A stretch of 36,452 nt of DNA, from positions 1 through 36,452 of the forward strand of contig JAUIJJ010000001.1 of the NCBI GenBank assembly GCA_030431385.1, written 5' to 3'. Position 1 is the stretch's first letter. Each line of letters starts with the position of its first letter. Positions 8,342 through 18,189 of this stretch are shown here, piece by piece. Below the pieces are notes generated by a model. That model did no database searches, was not told the origin of the DNA, and worked only from the letters and a program-made list of their open reading frames with translations. The stretch is from a bacterium (GTDB lineage Bacteria > Sumerlaeota > Sumerlaeia > SLMS01). The position numbers and the translations under genes were made by a program.

Positions 8342-9826
8342 ATGGACGTGCGCCGCGCCGACTGGCGCATCGGTCACGTGGTCTACCAAATCTTCCTCGA
8401 TCGCTTCGCGCCGTCTGACCGGCTCGACGAAAAGCGCGCCCTCTACGCCTCGCCTCGTCGCCTGATGAGCTGGGACGAGGAACCCTCGCGTGGTGCCTAT
8501 CTCCACGATGAGCACATCAGCGAAGCTGAGACCCAGTTTTGGGGCGGCGACTTGCACTCGCTCATGGGACAGCTCGATTACCTCCGCGACCTCGGGGTTG
8601 ATCTCGTCTACCTCAACCCGGTGTTCGAGGCGTTCTCCAATCATAAGTACGACGCGAGCGACTTCCGCAAGATCGATCCGGCCTACGGGACCAATGAGGA
8701 CCTCGGCGCGCTGAGTCGCCAGTGTCACGAGCGCGGCATGCGGCTCATGCTCGATGGCGTGTTCAACCACATCGGCAGGCGGTCGGCGCACTTCCAGTCG
8801 GCCATCGCGAACGGCAGCGGCAAGAACCGCGACCATTACTACATTGGAGAGAATTATCGGAACGGCTACCGGGGGTGGCGCAACGTGGCGAACCTGCCCG
8901 AGCTGAATCTGGAAAACCCCGATGTCCGAGAAATGGTGTATCGCGCGGAGGACAGCATCGTGCAGGGGTGGATTCGCGACGCGGGCATCGACGGCTGGCG
9001 GCTCGACGTCGCGCCGGACCTCGGCTTCGAGGTCCTCGGCGAACTGACCGACGCCGCGCACTCGGCCGACCCGCAGAGCTGCGTGATCGGCGAGACATGG
9101 AACTACCCGGAAGAGTGGCTGCACGTCCTCGATGGCGTGATGAACATGCACGCGCGGCTGCTGATCTTGAATCTTTGCGATGGGAAGATGGGGCCCGGCG
9201 CATTCGCCACGGCCTTCGAGCGCATGGTCGACGACAGCGACTATGAGGGGTTGCTGCGCAGTCACATGGTCCTCGACAACCACGACGTCCCACGCATCCA
9301 AACGCTCCTCGAAGACCCGGCGATGCTACGCATGGCGCGAGTTCTTCAGTTCACACTGCCCGGCTGCCCGGTGATTTACTACGGCTCGGAGCTGGGAATG
9401 AAGGGCGGCCACGATCCGCTCAATCGCGGGCCGATGCGATGGGAAACGGCAAACGACGAAAACGAGGACCTGACTTTCATCAAGAAACTGACGGCGATTC
9501 GGCGCGAGTTCGGGGCGCTGCGCTACGGAAACTACCGTAGGCTCGACGCCGAAGAATTGGTGGCGTTTTCGCGCACGACGGACTGCGCGCGCGACACGAT
9601 CCTGGTTTTCGCGAACCCCTCCGACGAGGAAGTCCACGACATTATGGCCGTGCGCAACTCGCGCCTTATGGACGTGGCACCGCTGGAATGCCTTCTCTCC
9701 GGCGATCACATCAGTATGCACTGCGGCGTTGCGGAAGTGACACTTCCACCCAAATCAATTCGGGTTTTCAGGACGTTGGATTGGGATCAGCCCGGCGGCT
9801 ACTCGCTCTACAAGCGCGTGCCGTAG
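8342..9826 (+). CDS. GH13 alpha-amylase-family glycoside hydrolase (cytoplasmic, no signal peptide)
   Basis: GH13 conserved regions are present: DGVFNH (I), GWRLDVAPD (II, nucleophile Asp), IGETW (III, acid/base Glu) and LDNHDVPR (IV). The ORF-track start at 8207 lies inside the terminator. I chose the ATG at 8342 (MDVRRADW..., preceded by GAAGGAAA); the ATG at 8282 is an alternative. Confidence 0.88.
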   Translation: MDVRRADWRIGHVVYQIFLDRFAPSDRLDEKRALYASPRRLMSWDEEPSRGAYLHDEHISEAETQFWGGDLHSLMGQLDYLRDLGVDLVYLNPVFEAFSNHKYDASDFRKIDPAYGTNEDLGALSRQCHERGMRLMLDGVFNHIGRRSAHFQSAIANGSGKNRDHYYIGENYRNGYRGWRNVANLPELNLENPDVREMVYRAEDSIVQGWIRDAGIDGWRLDVAPDLGFEVLGELTDAAHSADPQSCVIGETWNYPEEWLHVLDGVMNMHARLLILNLCDGKMGPGAFATAFERMVDDSDYEGLLRSHMVLDNHDVPRIQTLLEDPAMLRMARVLQFTLPGCPVIYYGSELGMKGGHDPLNRGPMRWETANDENEDLTFIKKLTAIRREFGALRYGNYRRLDAEELVAFSRTTDCARDTILVFANPSDEEVHDIMAVRNSRLMDVAPLECLLSGDHISMHCGVAEVTLPPKSIRVFRTLDWDQPGGYSLYKRVP

Positions 9827-9841
9827 GGGGAACGACCGGCG

Positions 9842-10051
9842 TTAGGACTCGCCGTTTTCCTTCTGCCACTCTTCCTTCTCCGCCTCGTGGCCGAAGCCGC
9901 GGAGCTCATAGAGCGCGTGGTTGCAGAGGGCCTGTGTTTCCCTGAGGTGCTTGTCGAGTGCCGGGTCAGTTGCGACCACATCAAGCGACTCGATAGCGGA
10001 TTCAAGGGCGCGTTCGATAAGGTCCTGGACGTTTTCTCCGTTCATCATCAT
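9842..10051 (-). CDS. small acidic hypothetical protein (about 69 aa, predicted helical)
   Basis: Three consecutive ATG codons (10051..10043) are preceded by AAGGGAG (10059..10053). Product: MMMNGENVQDLIERALESAIESLDVVATDPALDKHLRETQALCNHALYELRGFGHEAEKEEWQKENGES. No family recognised; coding status is unproven. Confidence 0.4.
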   Translation of the reverse strand: MMMNGENVQDLIERALESAIESLDVVATDPALDKHLRETQALCNHALYELRGFGHEAEKEEWQKENGES

Positions 10052-10460
10052 ACTCCCTTGTCTGCGGAGGCTTTCTCGCAGTTCTCTGAACGAGGTAAAG
10101 CGCAAAGTTCAGACCCGATGGGCAAAAGTTCCGTACGACTGTGTTTTCCCCCCTTTATCGCGACGTTTTCTCAAGCGGCCGAAAGTAGCGTGCGCCCCTG
10201 AAAAACAAGGTCAATTTCCAACGCAAACGAACGTTTACAAACTCTTCCTGTAAACGAATTTCGCACTCGGCAAATTGGACTTCGATCTTTTTAGGGGAAT
10301 TGCGTTCCCGTCCGATGTAACCGCCGCGATACACCTCGCGTTGCCATTGTGCGAAAGACTTCACGGTGGTGAGCACATTTTCGACGCATCGCCTCCGGGG
10401 CCAGCCCATCTCTTTTTATCAGTATTTTCGGTCCAAATCCGGTCACTCCTCATTCAGGGC

Positions 10461-10490
10461 TTGCCATAGACCCGGCGGGGATCATATCAT
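10461..10490 (+). promoter_or_regulatory. possible sigma70-type promoter for metH
   Basis: TTGCCA (10461-10466), an 18-nt spacer, then TATCAT (10485-10490), about 60 nt upstream of the metH ATG. This is a pattern match only. Confidence 0.3.
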
Positions 10491-10548
10491 CGTATACGAA
10501 TATGCTGATATGGGCGCTGCCCAAGTCACATCGGATTGGAAGTTTGCT

Positions 10549-13500
10549 ATGACGGACAAAGACAACAACCGCCTCCTGGACTATCACCAGCCTCCGATCG
10601 AGGACGTGCTTGCCGAACGCATCATGATCTTTGACGGTGCCATGGGCACCATGATCCAAGGCTACAGTCTTGAAGAAGAGGATTTCCGTGGCGATCGCTT
10701 TAAGGATCACGACCACGATCTGAAGGGGAACAACGACCTCCTCGTCCTCACCCGCCCGGAGATTATCCAAGCGATCCACAAGGAGTTCCTCGACGCCGGC
10801 GCCGACATCATCGAGACGAACACGTTCAGTTCTCAGCGCATTAGCCAGGCGGACTACGGGTTGGAGAAGTACAGCTACGAGCTCAACCTTGAGGCAGCAA
10901 AGGTTGCCCGTCGAGCCGTCGAAGCGAAGATGGCAGAAGACCCAACGCGCCCGCGTTACGTCGCCGGCTCCATCGGACCGACCAATCGCACCGCGTCGCT
11001 CTCCCCGGACGTGAACAATCCCGGCTTCCGCGCCGTGAGCTTTGACGATTTGGTCGCCGCCTACGACGAACAGATTCGCGGGTTGATGGATGGGGGCGTT
11101 GATCTGCTCCTCCCGGAAACGACTTTCGACACGCTCAACCTCAAGGCTGCGATCTACGCCATTGAGCAGTACTTCGAAAAGGCCGACGTCCGCGTTCCGG
11201 TGCTCCTGTCAGTCACGATTACCGATAGGTCCGGTCGTACGCTTTCCGGCCAGACGCTAGAGGCTTTTTGGTATTCCATCGAGCACGCCAAGCCGCTCGC
11301 CGTCGGGATTAACTGCGCGCTCGGTGCGGATGAGATGCGTCCGTATATCGAAGAGCTCTCGAACCTCGCGACCTGCCCGACCTTTGTCTATCCCAACGCG
11401 GGCCTCCCCAACGAATTTGGCGAGTACGACGACACGCCGGAACACATGGCAGGATTGCTGGGCGAGTTTGCGGAAGCCGGTTGGCTGAACATCGTCGGCG
11501 GCTGTTGCGGCACGCGCCCGGAACACATCCGCGCCATCGCCGACGTGATGGCGAAGCACCCACCTCGCGAGGTTCCCGAGCTGAAACCGCGCCCGCGCTT
11601 CAGCGGACTCGAACCACTCGTACTCACCGAACACTCCGGCTTTCAGATGGTCGGCGAGCGCACAAACGTCACCGGCTCCCCGAAGTTCAAAAAGCTGATC
11701 AAGGAAGAAAACTTGGAGGACGCGCTCGCCGTGGCCCTTCAGCAGGTCACCAACGGCGCGAACATGCTCGACGTAAACATGGACGAGGGCATGATCGACT
11801 CCGAAGAGGTCATGGAGCAGTTCCTGCACCTCGTCGTTGCCGAACCCGACATCGCGCGCGTTCCGATCATGATCGACAGCTCGAAGTTTTCAGTCATCGA
11901 GCGCGGCCTGCGCTGCCTTCAGGGAAAGTCGGTCGTGAACTCGATCAGCCTCAAAGAAGGCGAAGACGAGTTCCGTCGTCAGGCTCGAGAGATTCGCCGC
12001 TTCGGTGCGGCCACGGTCGTCATGGCGTTCGACGAAAAGGGTCAGGCCGATACCGCAGAGAGGAAAGTCGAGATCTGCGAACGCGCCTATAATATCCTGG
12101 TCGACGAAATCGGCTTCGAGCCGGGCGACATCATCTTTGATCCGAACATCCTCACCGTTGCGACGGGAATGGACGAGCACAACGACTACGCCGTAGCCTT
12201 CATCGAGGGCACGCGACAGATCAAGGAACGCTGCCCCGGTGCGCTGGTGAGCGGCGGCATATCCAACATCAGCTTCAGCTTCCGCGGCAACAACCGCGTA
12301 CGCGAAGCCATGCATGCTGCTTTCCTCTACCATGCGATCCATGCTGGCCTCGACCTCGGAATCGTGAACGCTGGGATGCTGGAGGTGTACGAGGAGATCG
12401 ATAAGGAACTGCTCGAATACGTCGAGGACGTGTTGCTAAATCGTCGCGACGATGCGACCGAGCGCCTTATCGATTACGCTGAGAAGGTGAAAGACGAGGA
12501 CGGCGGCACGACCAAAAAAAAGGAAACTCTCGAATGGCGAGAGGCTCCTGTTGGCAAGCGCCTCAGCCATGCTCTCGTGAAGGGCATCGTCGAGTTCATC
12601 GACGACGACACAGAAGAGGCGCGGCAGGAATACAACCGCCCGCTGGAAGTCATCGAAGGTCCGCTCATGAGCGGCATGAACATCGTCGGTGACCTGTTCG
12701 GCGACGGGAAAATGTTCCTCCCTCAAGTTGTCAAGAGCGCCCGAGTCATGAAGAAGGCCGTCGCCTACCTCATTCCCTTCATGGAAGAGGAGAAGCGGCT
12801 TTCCGGCAACACGGAAGATTCGCGCGCGCGAGTGCTCCTGGCGACGGTGAAGGGCGACGTCCACGATATCGGCAAGAACATCGTCGGCGTGGTCCTCGGT
12901 TGTAACAACTTCGAAGTCATCGACATGGGCGTTATGCAGTCCTGCGACAAAATCCGCAAGATGGCCCGCGAGAAGAAGGTCGACGCGATTGGCCTCAGTG
13001 GGCTGATCACGCCGTCGCTCGACGAAATGGTTCACGTCGCCAGCGAAATGGAGCGGGAAGGCTTCAAGATTCCCCTCCTGATCGGTGGAGCGACGACGAG
13101 CAAGATTCACACAGCCGTCAAGATCGCGCCGAAGTACTCCGGCCCCGTGGTGCACGTTCTCGACGCCTCACGCGCCGTGGCGGTCGTTCAGAGCCTCGTC
13201 GAGGAAGGCACGCGCGACGCCTTCGTCGAGAAGATCGACGAAGAGTATCAGGCACTCCGCGAGCACCACGAATCGCGGCAGAAGAAGATTCGGTTGGTTT
13301 CCCTCGATACGGCCCGCGCCAACAAGACGCGAATCGATTGGCGGAAGGCGGAGCTCGACACGCCAGAGTTCACAGGCACGAAGGTTTTCGACAACTACCC
13401 GCTCGAAGAAATCGCCGAGTACATTGACTGGTCGCCGTTCTTCCACACTTGGGAACTGCGTGGGGTTTACCCTGAGATTCTCAACCACGAGAAGTACGGC

Positions 13501-14304
13501 GACCGCGCCCGGGAACTGTTCAACGACGCTCAGGCAATGCTCAAAGAAGTCGTCTCGGGGAAGAAGCTCACCGCCCGTGGCGTCTGCGCGTTCTGGCCGG
13601 CCAACAGCGTTGGCGACGACGTCGAGATCTATACCGACGATTCGCGGAAGGAAGTCCTCACGACGATCCATTTCCTCCGCCAGCAGATCGAGAAAAGCGA
13701 CAAGCCGCACTACTGCCTCGCCGACTACATCGCGCCGAAGGAAAGTGGACAACCCGACTACATCGGCGGCTTTGCGGTCACGACGGGTCACGGCGTCAAC
13801 GAGCTCGCCGCGAAGTACGAGGCGGACCACGACGACTACAACTCGATCATGGTAAAGGCTATCGCCGACCGCCTCGCTGAAGCCTTCGCCGAGCTCATGC
13901 ACCGCAAGGCGCGCGAGTTCTGGGGTTACGGCAAGGGTGAGGCACTCAGCAACGAGCAGATCATCGCCGAGAAGTACCGCGGCATCCGCCCGGCGCCGGG
14001 CTACCCCGCCTGCCCCGATCACACGGAGAAGCCGACGCTCTTCACGATCCTCGACGCGGAAGCCAACGCGGGAATCGAGCTGACAGAGAGCTGCGCGATG
14101 ATGCCCGCCAGCTCGGTGAGCGGATTCTACTTCGCCCATCCCAAGGCACGCTACTTCAGCGTGGGCAGTCTCGGACGCGACCAGATCGAAGACTACCAGC
14201 AGCGCAAGGATGTGCCGCTGGAGGAAGTCGAGCGCTGGCTCTCCCCAAACCTCGCCTACGACCCCTCAAAACAACCCGCGCCCGAACCCGCAACAGTCGG
14301 CTAG
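10549..14304 (+). CDS. metH: cobalamin-dependent methionine synthase (5-methyltetrahydrofolate-homocysteine methyltransferase)
   Basis: All four modules are recognisable. They are the Hcy-binding domain with [11 protein letters not shown] (Zn Cys pair), the pterin-binding domain, the B12-binding domain with [11 protein letters not shown] (DxHxxG) and SGLITPSL, and the AdoMet-activation domain with [12 protein letters not shown]. Starting at the ATG at 10549 ([10 protein letters not shown]...) gives 1251 aa, a normal MetH length. The 61 upstream codons in the ORF track have no MetH-like sequence. Confidence 0.97.
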   Translation: MTDKDNNRLLDYHQPPIEDVLAERIMIFDGAMGTMIQGYSLEEEDFRGDRFKDHDHDLKGNNDLLVLTRPEIIQAIHKEFLDAGADIIETNTFSSQRISQADYGLEKYSYELNLEAAKVARRAVEAKMAEDPTRPRYVAGSIGPTNRTASLSPDVNNPGFRAVSFDDLVAAYDEQIRGLMDGGVDLLLPETTFDTLNLKAAIYAIEQYFEKADVRVPVLLSVTITDRSGRTLSGQTLEAFWYSIEHAKPLAVGINCALGADEMRPYIEELSNLATCPTFVYPNAGLPNEFGEYDDTPEHMAGLLGEFAEAGWLNIVGGCCGTRPEHIRAIADVMAKHPPREVPELKPRPRFSGLEPLVLTEHSGFQMVGERTNVTGSPKFKKLIKEENLEDALAVALQQVTNGANMLDVNMDEGMIDSEEVMEQFLHLVVAEPDIARVPIMIDSSKFSVIERGLRCLQGKSVVNSISLKEGEDEFRRQAREIRRFGAATVVMAFDEKGQADTAERKVEICERAYNILVDEIGFEPGDIIFDPNILTVATGMDEHNDYAVAFIEGTRQIKERCPGALVSGGISNISFSFRGNNRVREAMHAAFLYHAIHAGLDLGIVNAGMLEVYEEIDKELLEYVEDVLLNRRDDATERLIDYAEKVKDEDGGTTKKKETLEWREAPVGKRLSHALVKGIVEFIDDDTEEARQEYNRPLEVIEGPLMSGMNIVGDLFGDGKMFLPQVVKSARVMKKAVAYLIPFMEEEKRLSGNTEDSRARVLLATVKGDVHDIGKNIVGVVLGCNNFEVIDMGVMQSCDKIRKMAREKKVDAIGLSGLITPSLDEMVHVASEMEREGFKIPLLIGGATTSKIHTAVKIAPKYSGPVVHVLDASRAVAVVQSLVEEGTRDAFVEKIDEEYQALREHHESRQKKIRLVSLDTARANKTRIDWRKAELDTPEFTGTKVFDNYPLEEIAEYIDWSPFFHTWELRGVYPEILNHEKYGDRARELFNDAQAMLKEVVSGKKLTARGVCAFWPANSVGDDVEIYTDDSRKEVLTTIHFLRQQIEKSDKPHYCLADYIAPKESGQPDYIGGFAVTTGHGVNELAAKYEADHDDYNSIMVKAIADRLAEAFAELMHRKAREFWGYGKGEALSNEQIIAEKYRGIRPAPGYPACPDHTEKPTLFTILDAEANAGIELTESCAMMPASSVSGFYFAHPKARYFSVGSLGRDQIEDYQQRKDVPLEEVERWLSPNLAYDPSKQPAPEPATVG

Positions 14305-14325
14305 CGCGAGAAAATGAGTCGACCC

Positions 14326-14366
14326 ATCGAGGCCGGAGAGAAATTCTCCGGCCTCGATTCGTTTTT
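14326..14366 (+). terminator. Rho-independent terminator after metH
   Basis: A 14-bp perfect stem, ATCGAGGCCGGAGA (14326-14339) / TCTCCGGCCTCGAT (14345-14358), has loop GAAAT and is followed by TCGTTTTT. It starts 22 nt after the metH stop. Confidence 0.85.
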
Positions 14367-14379
14367 AGGAGACATCGCC

Positions 14380-15450
14380 ATGAAGCTTTTCCCAGTCCTG
14401 CTCGCCTTACTCTTCTTCGCCGCAACCACGGCCCGAGGTGCCGAGTACGTCTACGATCTTGGTGATGGGAAGTCCGCCGTGCTCCTCGACGGCAAGGAAG
14501 GTCAGGCCGCGATCACCGACGAGGGCGGCGCTGAAGGTTGGTTCGACCGCCTCGGCAAATACGAACTGCGTGCACGGCTTGGCCACGAACCGGAAGGCAC
14601 CACTCTCGAAGAGAAAAAGACCGAGCTGAAGGAACACCTGCGAACCACCATCGAAGATTGGACAGAAGCCGAGCGGGAGGGCATGGTAAGGCACATGAAG
14701 CAGGCTAAAGCCGCCGCCGACGAGGTCTTTCCAGAGTTCATCCCCAATCGATGGTATATCGTGAAGACCAGTGGCAAAGACGAAGGCGGCGCGTGGTACA
14801 CGCGCAGCGATAAGACCTTTTTCCCAAAGCAGTGGCTCGATCAGTTGGACTCAGAGAGCATGGACAGTTTCTATCGTCACATTCTACTTCACGAAAACGC
14901 TCATTGCTGGTCACGTGCGAACCCTGAACTTCGCGAAGAACTCTACAGTCTAACCGGCTTCCAGCCGGTTAATGAAATCGATTTGGGCGAATGGCTAGGC
15001 GATCGAGTCCTCACCAATCCCGACGCGCCAGACCTCCGCTGGGTTTCCAACGTAGGCTCGGAAGAATCCCCGCGCTACGGGATGCTCGCCTTTACAATCC
15101 AGGGGAACGACTTCTCGATGGAGTTTCAGCGGCTGCTCATGTCGGGCAGGCCGACGATGTATCAGGTCTCCGAGGTGAACGATGGCAGCTGGAAGGTGGA
15201 CTACAATGAAGACGGCACTGCCGTGGCCATCCAACGCAGTGACGCGAAAGAGTTTTTCGAGAAGCTCACGGTCAATTCGAACTACATCCTCCACGCCGAG
15301 GAGGTCCTGGCAGAGAACCTCGCGATGATGGTTTCATACTTCGCGGGAGTCTCCCCCGCATGGGGTCAGGGAAGCGTTGAGGACCCTGCTCCGTTGGAAG
15401 AACTCGCAAAGGCGTTAGGCTTGGAAGTCGCCGAACCGGCAACCAAGTAA
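14380..15450 (+). CDS. secreted hypothetical protein with an HExxH motif (putative zinc metallopeptidase-like)
   Basis: The ATG at 14380 is preceded by AGGAGA. The signal-peptide-like N-terminus is MKLFPVLLALLFFAATTARGA/EY. A single HExxH sits in ILLHENAHCW. No further family assignment is possible by eye. Confidence 0.7.
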   Translation: MKLFPVLLALLFFAATTARGAEYVYDLGDGKSAVLLDGKEGQAAITDEGGAEGWFDRLGKYELRARLGHEPEGTTLEEKKTELKEHLRTTIEDWTEAEREGMVRHMKQAKAAADEVFPEFIPNRWYIVKTSGKDEGGAWYTRSDKTFFPKQWLDQLDSESMDSFYRHILLHENAHCWSRANPELREELYSLTGFQPVNEIDLGEWLGDRVLTNPDAPDLRWVSNVGSEESPRYGMLAFTIQGNDFSMEFQRLLMSGRPTMYQVSEVNDGSWKVDYNEDGTAVAIQRSDAKEFFEKLTVNSNYILHAEEVLAENLAMMVSYFAGVSPAWGQGSVEDPAPLEELAKALGLEVAEPATK

Positions 15451-15471
15451 TTTCCCGGGCCAAAGATCAGG

Positions 15472-15501
15472 TTGAATATCCGTGCCGCTTGACCGTATAG
15501 T
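15472..15501 (+). promoter_or_regulatory. possible sigma70-type promoter for the DUF1232 gene
   Basis: TTGAAT (15472-15477), an 18-nt spacer, then TATAGT (15496-15501), about 50 nt upstream of the ATG at 15554. This is a pattern match only. Confidence 0.35.
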
Positions 15502-15553
15502 ATCCGGGAGTGGAGGGAGAAGCTCTGCCCTCGACCATACTGGAGGTAAACTG

Positions 15554-15949
15554 ATGTCTGGTTTTTCATGGACTTACGATACTCAAAAAGACGGCGGCAA
15601 ACCCGCCAGTGACGCCGAAGCTCAGCGGGCCGGTGCTCGCCTCGACGAAGAGAGCCAGCGCCGGGTCGACGAAAGCCGTAACATGCTCTCGAAACTCTGG
15701 GACAATGTCCGAACGCTCGGCAAAATGATCAAGGACCCGGGGTACTCTTTTCCGACTCAGCTAAAGGTACTCTTCGTAGTCGCGGCAATCTACGTGATCT
15801 CGCCCATCGATCTGGTTCCTGATTTCTTGATCCCCTTCGGCGTGCTCGATGACGCAGGGCTCATTGCCCTCGTCTTTTCGATGATGACTGGCGAGATTGG
15901 GAAGTACAAAGACAAGCTCTGGCCGCGCGCCGAGCGAGTTGACGAGTAG
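15554..15949 (+). CDS. DUF1232 (YkvA-like) family membrane protein
   Basis: The ATG at 15554 lies 6 nt after GGAGG. The segment VVAAIYVISPIDLVPDFLIPFGVLDDAGLIALVF matches the Y.hSPhDhIPDFIPhhGhhDD signature of DUF1232. The ORF-track start at 15482 is a GTG upstream of the SD. Confidence 0.8.
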   Translation: MSGFSWTYDTQKDGGKPASDAEAQRAGARLDEESQRRVDESRNMLSKLWDNVRTLGKMIKDPGYSFPTQLKVLFVVAAIYVISPIDLVPDFLIPFGVLDDAGLIALVFSMMTGEIGKYKDKLWPRAERVDE

Positions 15950-15966
15950 CGGCGGGAGACCGCCCC

Positions 15967-18186
15967 TTACTCCATCCCCCACATCGTCGTCTCGACATGA
16001 TCGGGGCGGACTTGCCGGATCGCGAAGAAGCGCCCCTGCGTAAACGTCGCCCCGATGCGGTTCCTCCCGCGATCACTGACTTGATCAAGCGCCGCACGCC
16101 ACGGCCCCGTGGGCTGGTCCGCATAGAACACCTGAATCAACGAGTCATCAACGCCATCAACTTCTCGATTGAGATAAGTAAACGTTAACGAAGTTGAGGA
16201 GAAGGAGCGGTCTGTATCCAGCTCCCACAGCAGCGCGATCGAGTCCTCGGGTGGGGCGAGGTTTTCCGTGATCGCCAGTGCCGCGTCTTCTCGATAGAGC
16301 GTCATCGTCGTAAAGGATGCGTCGCCGCCGGTGTACTTCACTTTCGCTCGAATGGAGGAGCCGAAGTCCAGCACGGGTGGGGTCCCGGCAACCGAGGCCT
16401 TCTTAGCCCGAGCGAATTTCGCGACGCCGTCGCCATGGACGACATAGGCCGCGCCGGTGAAGTTTCCGCCTTCGGGAACGTGGACCGGATCCGGCGCGAC
16501 GGCTGGGTTGTTGGCGTAAATCGCCGCTGCAGCGAAGTCGCCAAATCCGTCGAAATCGACATCGCCCCCCGCCTCCAATCCGAACCCGAAACCGTTCTGT
16601 GCATCAGCGCCGTGGACGACGACATCCGGCGTGTCGGTCGTGAGGTCGATGGTCCTGCCGCGGAGATCTGCCGAACCGTAGATCACAGAAATACTCCCTG
16701 CGTCGTCGCGGTCGCCGGTGGGTCCGTCGTTCATGATTGAGCCGACCAATACATCGTCGAGGCCGTCACCGTTGACGTCGCCGCAGCTCACCGAGATTCC
16801 GAGAACTGATCCGGCACCGTTTGCATCGACCGGTTCGCTGCGACCGAGGATCCGCGTCTCGCCGAGCGGCGAAGTTGCTCCGTCCGTATCGAGCGAAAAG
16901 CTCTCCCCGCCCAAGTCTGCCGCCCCCCAAATGATGTACGCCTCCCCCGTGGCGATGGGAGTTCCGCCCGGGCCGTTCGCGTTCGGAGCGGACACGACAA
17001 TATCGCCGAAGCCATCGCCATCGATATCTCCGACCGCGACGCTGTGGCCGAACCGGTCATCGATGTCATCGCCGGAGATTCGTGTCTCCCCCCAAGCCGT
17101 CGTCACTCCGCCGGTGGAAAGATCGACCTGCTGCTTCTCTAATGCTGCCGAACCGTAGACGATGAAGACTCTACCAGGGGAAGTCCCGGGAGCGAGCGGC
17201 GATGTGGCTCCGAATACGACGTCGTCATAGCCGTCGCCGTTGATGTCCCCCGAGGCGAGCGAGATGCCCGCTGCGCCGCGCATCTCGTCGCCGCTGATTC
17301 GCGTTTCACCGGCCTCGCTGAGCGGGCCGTCTGTGTTGAGATCAATGCGCCGCGCGCGAGACTGTGGCGCGCCCCAAATCACGTAGATGCGGCCAGTCTG
17401 ATCTTCGTCCAACCCTTGAGTCGGAGTTCCATCGTAGCGATCCGCGCCGGTGGAGGACATGAGCAAGTCGTCATATCCGTCAGCATTGAGGTCGCCAAAC
17501 GCCACGGAAAACCCTGCTGAATCGATCTTGTCGTCGCCGTAGATGCGCGTCTCGCGCCAGATACTGGTGAGGCCACCGGTGTTGAAATCGATTGTCTCGT
17601 TGCGAATTCCCGCGCCACCGAAGAGGAGTATCACCTCGCCGGTGGCGTCTTGGGTTTTCGAGTTGTTCAGGAACCCGTCGCCGAGAAATGCGCCCATCGC
17701 GAGGTCCGCAATTCCGTCGCCGTCGAAGTCTCCAGTCGCCACGGCGCGGCCCATCACGTCGCCGTTGTCGTCGCCGTAGATACGCGTTTCCCGCTCCAGT
17801 GAGCTCGTCGTCGCATCAAGATCATAGTCCTGCCCGCGGAGTTCCTCGCTGCCCCAGAAGACGTAGGCCTCACCGTTATCCGCATCAACGCCTTCGTCGA
17901 GATACCCGTCGCCACGGTAGACACCCACGATCAGATCGTCGATGCCATCGCCGTCGAGGTCGCCGAAGGCAATGCCGCTATGATCGCCGGAGCCGAGCAG
18001 GTCCTTGAGATCATCGCCGAGAATTTCTATGACAGGCACGGGGTCGGGATCAGCGAGGTCGATGACGGAGGGAATGGGCTCGCCCGCAGCCGCGCTGGCG
18101 AGAAGCGGGAGGGTGAGGGTGGCGAAGTAGAAGCTGCCGTACTTCATCGGAGCGTTTTCTACCTGAGTATACCGGCCGGGGACCAT
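15967..18186 (-). CDS. secreted FG-GAP repeat protein (integrin-alpha-like 7-blade beta-propeller) with a C-terminal beta-rich domain
   Basis: Seven Ca-binding-type loops are spaced about 60-70 aa apart: GDLDGDGIDDLIVG, GDFDGDGIADLAMG, GDLNADGYDDLLMS, GDINGDGYDDVVFG, GDIDGDGFGDIVVS, GDVNGDGLDDVLVG, GDVDFDGFGDFAAA. Several are preceded by ETRI(Y/S/L)G(D/R). The signal-like segment is MKYGSFYFATLTLPLLASAAAG. The start is either the ATG at 18186 (3 nt after the upstream stop) or the ATG at 18147. Confidence 0.9.
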   Translation of the reverse strand: MVPGRYTQVENAPMKYGSFYFATLTLPLLASAAAGEPIPSVIDLADPDPVPVIEILGDDLKDLLGSGDHSGIAFGDLDGDGIDDLIVGVYRGDGYLDEGVDADNGEAYVFWGSEELRGQDYDLDATTSSLERETRIYGDDNGDVMGRAVATGDFDGDGIADLAMGAFLGDGFLNNSKTQDATGEVILLFGGAGIRNETIDFNTGGLTSIWRETRIYGDDKIDSAGFSVAFGDLNADGYDDLLMSSTGADRYDGTPTQGLDEDQTGRIYVIWGAPQSRARRIDLNTDGPLSEAGETRISGDEMRGAAGISLASGDINGDGYDDVVFGATSPLAPGTSPGRVFIVYGSAALEKQQVDLSTGGVTTAWGETRISGDDIDDRFGHSVAVGDIDGDGFGDIVVSAPNANGPGGTPIATGEAYIIWGAADLGGESFSLDTDGATSPLGETRILGRSEPVDANGAGSVLGISVSCGDVNGDGLDDVLVGSIMNDGPTGDRDDAGSISVIYGSADLRGRTIDLTTDTPDVVVHGADAQNGFGFGLEAGGDVDFDGFGDFAAAAIYANNPAVAPDPVHVPEGGNFTGAAYVVHGDGVAKFARAKKASVAGTPPVLDFGSSIRAKVKYTGGDASFTTMTLYREDAALAITENLAPPEDSIALLWELDTDRSFSSTSLTFTYLNREVDGVDDSLIQVFYADQPTGPWRAALDQVSDRGRNRIGATFTQGRFFAIRQVRPDHVETTMWGME

Positions 18187-18189
18187 CGG

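Noticed and set aside
8312-9301. 329-aa minus-strand ORF
   Set aside because: It lies entirely antisense to the GH13 gene, whose four catalytic regions are unambiguous. Its Arg/Ala/Val/His-rich composition, with no motif, is typical of an open antisense frame in GC-rich DNA.
10366-10548. 61-codon N-terminal extension of metH in the ORF track (likewise 2036-2113, 7118-7159, 8207-8341, 14314-14379, 15482-15553 and 18871-18912 for their genes)
   Set aside because: The extensions start at non-ATG codons, lie inside upstream genes or terminators, or lack any family-like sequence. Downstream ATGs with SD sequences and/or signal peptides fit better.
10106-10548. SAM, SAH or cobalamin riboswitch in front of metH
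   Set aside because: I could not find the conserved cores: no B12-box-like GCCACTG-type element, no SAH-type AGGAGCGCTGC, and no SAM-I kink-turn/junction pattern. It is kept only as an unexplained long spacer, to be scanned with covariance models.
13168-14139. 323-aa minus-strand ORF (also 12436-13155, 11257-11829 and 11890-12342 minus)
   Set aside because: All are antisense to metH, which is recognisable along its full length. They have Arg/Val/Glu/Asp-rich low-information sequence and no start context.
15951-15964. GGCGG-GAGA-CCGCC hairpin between the convergent DUF1232 and FG-GAP genes, considered as a terminator
   Set aside because: It has a 5-bp stem and no flanking T/A tracts. It falls in a 17-nt gap and cannot be distinguished from chance in GC-rich DNA.
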